From NCBI GenBank assembly GCA_040954595.2, contig CM082581.2, positions 4,828,699-4,892,698 on the forward strand: a DNA stretch of 64,000 bases, given 5' to 3'. A program made the translations under genes and the position numbers. This document shows, one piece after another, positions 61,701 through 64,000 of the stretch; within the stretch, counting starts at the first letter, position 1, and each line of letters opens with the position of its first letter. The DNA is from Balanoglossus misakiensis (Eukaryota > Animalia > Hemichordata). The notes under the pieces are model-generated. The model had not been told where the DNA came from. It did not search any database and saw only the letters and a program-made list of their open reading frames with translations.

Positions 61701-64000
61701 CAATTTTCCAAACATAATTGGAACCCACGGCCATCATTGTGGTAATGTGAGCAATGAAACCAACTGGAAAACAGTGTATGCGATACCACAGAAAAAACAG
61801 ACGTGTACACGTCAATCTCAAAGATGCATACTACATGGCTTGGATTTCATGAGGCAAGACGTTATCTCGCATTCCCTGCTTTTTATGACTGCAAAAGCAT
61901 CACGTTTTCGCTGAATTTGATTTCACTGTTATGGTATTTTTTGCTGGTTGATAAATTTGCTGAAGTAAACTCACGTGAAAATTTTCATTTCCAGTGGAAC
62001 TCACTTTGTGATGGCCAAATCCATGAATTTAAACTCACTAAATTTGCCATAAACGCCTGAACAGTGAAATTCAATCTCACCAAAAATTAACGACATTTTG
62101 TGCCATTTTAATTATTCCTGATATACAATCATGTAAATATGTTACAAAAAATGTGCCTGTCAAAAAAATTCTTATGGGATAACTCATGCATTGCATACAC
62201 CATTCTTGGAACATAGATCTTTGAAATTTGGGATCTCTTAATTAAATACAATTGCAAAGTTTTATGTGACCTACAAATTATCGTCTCGGCAACTTGCAAA
62301 GGTGTATCATCAACCATTTCCTAAACAATTGTTACATTTTTTTAAACACTGGTACTGTGCAATTTTACATTGAGTATAACTCAGGCAAAGCCATTGGCAA
62401 CACCTGGAATTCACATAAGATAATTCACATAAGATAATGTTCTGATGTTGCCTTGGTAACACAGAGCAGAGAGTCCACAACAAGACTGACAGCATCGTGA
62501 GTAGACTCTCAACCATACTGTATTCTATCGCAAAATAAAGTAAAATATCTATGCATCGTGTTCATGTATGCTGACAGTTCCACCACACAACAGTGCATTT
62601 TTCCATGCCTGTTTCACATGTTTATCAGGTGACAATAACAAGAAACTGCTCTTATATCTTGCATTCACATGTTGATCCAAAACAGAAATGCTAGTTAGAC
62701 TGCAGGTGCAGTAAATTGAAAACTATCCCAGCATGTAGAGGTACAAATACCATACTACCATGTACTATTTCTGTAGTATAGGATTACATGTATATGCCCG
62801 AAGGCTAGTGAACAAATTTGCCCTTTTCCAAATGGCAAGTAGGCGAAGACATTTTCTGGCATTTCTCAAAACAATGTTCACCATGGGCAATTCATGCATA
62901 GTTTAACTTCATTTTTTTCCTAATGATTAAGGCTGATCTCCAGCTCTGTGTCTTACGTGCACATCCTCTCATGCACATGATTGCAAAGGTCGGGCTTTCT
63001 CAAACATGACTCAATGTCTTATGGATGAGATGTTTAATTCATTCCTTTGTAAATGGAGAGTAAAGCATGCGATACACTGCCCAAATGACTGGAATGATGA
63101 GTTTACCTACGAGTTTGGAAATACAACCCAAAGAACTGACATGGTAGTTCTTTTAAACAGTAGGCACACACAAGGCAAAGTATGACACCACTTTGAGGGG
63201 ACAGAAAGCAAGATATCACGATGATTCACAAAGTCCAGGCATGAGAGGAAAAATCAGACAGACACACAGATACATGTAGATAGACAGACATTGAAGGCTG
63301 TCTTACCAGTATCAATACTGGACCGATGCACTCTTATGCCGAGACTGCTTTGTCTCACTGATTTCATGCCACTACGACCACCGTCACCGCAACTGGCAGG
63401 CTCACCCTCTGTAGCTACATGTTCTAATGACAGCAATGAGATCATATGACTCATGAAATGAATGCTTTACCTGAGAGAGGATCCTATGCATGTATTGGTT
63501 GCGAATTTTTTATGATATGATCCCAAACTTACCTCCCTGAAGGTAGTCATCTTTACACTGGGTCAATAAATTCATCAACCACTGCAGCTGGTGTCGAATG
63601 CAATCCCATGCCGGATCACCATTATACTCCAAATCAACCAGATACCTGTGATCACAAAATAATGTGGAATAAGACCAAGGCTTTGGATCTTCACTATGGC
63701 CGACTATAGAAGTCTTTTCAAACAAAAATTTTGATACAGTGAAATTTTATTTAGCCAAGCATATTACACCTGTGTATTTTTTAATGAATATGGTGGGGGG
63801 GGGGGGGTGAGAGAGATACAAGAGCTGTATACAATACCTCTTATTAAAAAAAATGTCAATTTTCAATGGTGGATGGACAAGGTACATTGTACCTTATGAT
63901 TTTTGTTTTGAAATTCATGACACTTAGGTGATACGCTACATAGAACTTACCGAATGATCTTCTTTTGGTCTTCCAGTGTTGCTGGCAAATCCTTCAGTTC
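55627..64000 (-). CDS. EXOC2: Exocyst complex component 2 (Sec5), 3' part of spliced gene (17 exons visible; 5' part outside window)
   Basis: Manually spliced exons with GT-AG boundaries and consistent phases give [33 protein letters not shown]...PDRVAFLEEM...LPEFWKLGQSYCNGEL...EQRLIIVLANCNYV...GILEQGMYAGYFDW...GVRPYIKEAIMNLISVHAEV...FSAAGALQA...ELNNFKSNMRLQLLCF*. This is collinear with my recollection of vertebrate EXOC2 (e.g. GDPAWQCI, LPNFWKLW, VHAEV, FKSSMHLQLTCF). Confidence 0.96.
55955..56014 (-). CDS. EXOC2: EXOC2 exon
   Basis: ttctag|SSFKEAFKLIPLVTNPGRK|gtgag, 60 bp, phase 2-2. Confidence 0.88.
56710..56953 (-). CDS. EXOC2: EXOC2 exon
   Basis: GVRPYIKEAIMNLISVHAEVYAISP...FSAAGALQASMELQAFQQAVINYTDAAS|gtaag, 244 bp. 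Confidence 0.95.
57243..57384 (-). CDS. EXOC2: EXOC2 exon
   Basis: IVQGAFSDLDDKLFEAYIEQKSGPIVGILEQGMYAGYFDWKTLQRPM|gtatg, 142 bp. Confidence 0.94.
57610..57726 (-). CDS. EXOC2: EXOC2 exon
   Basis: EQRLIIVLANCNYVANQVIPRLQEHFERNGYPETKKVEQ|gtgag, 117 bp. Confidence 0.93.
58169..58217 (-). CDS. EXOC2: EXOC2 exon
   Basis: tttcag|SHNYDNMNATENSLTM|gtagg, 49 bp; needed to restore phase 2 to phase 0. Confidence 0.82.
58439..58500 (-). CDS. EXOC2: EXOC2 exon
   Basis: AFAFCLEQLTFKTDVEADSQ(E)|gtaag, 62 bp. Confidence 0.88.
58698..58757 (-). CDS. EXOC2: EXOC2 exon
   Basis: IFEEPAMRKQAVKLSTEMLR|gtaag, 60 bp. Confidence 0.88.
59115..59198 (-). CDS. EXOC2: EXOC2 exon
   Basis: PLLFENIVMETVQLLKEVVIEWKVGEAD|gtaag, 84 bp. 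Confidence 0.92.
59694..59764 (-). CDS. EXOC2: EXOC2 exon
   Basis: tag|DIKALHRRENWSLQIDENIGITTL|gtggg, 71 bp. Confidence 0.88.
59931..60052 (-). CDS. EXOC2: EXOC2 exon
   Basis: SLLSSLTSLDMPTDALQHVESFTLAMRSHCMMSLFNQASE|gtaat, 122 bp. Confidence 0.92.
60269..60441 (-). CDS. EXOC2: EXOC2 exon
   Basis: RMMSEVTRHFAFLVRAAFLP...SAWLPHCVRIM(R)|gtaac, 173 bp. Confidence 0.92.
61112..61162 (-). CDS. EXOC2: EXOC2 exon
   Basis: cag|SGMKMAQTDTKKTGLFK|gtaag, 51 bp, phase 0-0. Confidence 0.83.
61305..61426 (-). CDS. EXOC2: EXOC2 exon
   Basis: DKFNLPDRVAFLEEMVDIMQERLPEFWKLGQSYCNGELYAD|gtaag, 122 bp. Confidence 0.93.
61886..62130. mobile_element. Degraded foldback MITE in an EXOC2 intron
   Basis: Internal inverted arms atttcactgtt (about 61920) / aacagtgaaat (about 62060) and repeated aaactcac motifs. 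Confidence 0.35.
63307..63408 (-). CDS. EXOC2: EXOC2 exon (low-complexity linker)
   Basis: cag|EGEPASCGDGGRSGMKSVRQSSLGIRVHRSSIDT|gtaag, 102 bp, phase 1-1, fits flanking phases. Confidence 0.78.
63533..63645 (-). CDS. EXOC2: EXOC2 exon
   Basis: cag|..[37 protein letters not shown]|gtaag, 113 bp. Confidence 0.93.
63951..64000 (-). CDS. EXOC2: EXOC2 exon (truncated by window edge)
   Basis: [16 protein letters not shown](R), donor gtaag, phase 2. Confidence 0.9.

Noticed and set aside
63460-63480. AG|GT ratchet-like site (ctctcag gtaaag) in an EXOC2 intron
   Set aside because: The intron is only 124 bp, so recursive splicing is implausible.
1-64000. CRISPR arrays, tRNA/rRNA genes, prokaryotic operons or intact transposases
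   Set aside because: No repeat-spacer periodicity, cloverleaf or rRNA motifs, or long transposase ORFs were seen; the sequence is intron-containing animal DNA.

Overview
This is eukaryotic (metazoan) DNA. Small-intron gene structure, repeat types and CpG pattern suggest an invertebrate deuterostome, possibly an enteropneust hemichordate; the taxon is inference only. One intact gene is firmly supported: the 3' part of EXOC2/Sec5 on the minus strand (17 exons visible, 55627-64000, continuing off the right edge, all splice phases consistent). The remaining ~53 kb has no long genuine ORF, and most ORF-track entries are microsatellite artefacts. It holds long tetranucleotide microsatellites, non-autonomous DNA elements (a nested pair of Helentron/HINE-like elements plus an intact inverted copy probably inside the EXOC2 3' UTR, a TTAA-flanked Kolobok-like MITE, hairpin-tailed Crypton-like elements), a Rex/Babar-like LINE fragment and a local X-Y-X duplication. 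There is also a candidate first exon ending ATG-G|GTGAGT of an unidentified minus-strand gene, and enhancer-like non-coding tracts. The most interesting reading, made by eye across stops and frameshifts, is a cluster of three decayed TNF-receptor/death-receptor-like genes (1.7-7.5 kb +, 27.5-30.2 kb -, 30.5-33.8 kb +), with ankyrin-like and MFS-like remnants nearby. These pseudogene calls are unverified motif-level inferences. I found no intact new biological system.
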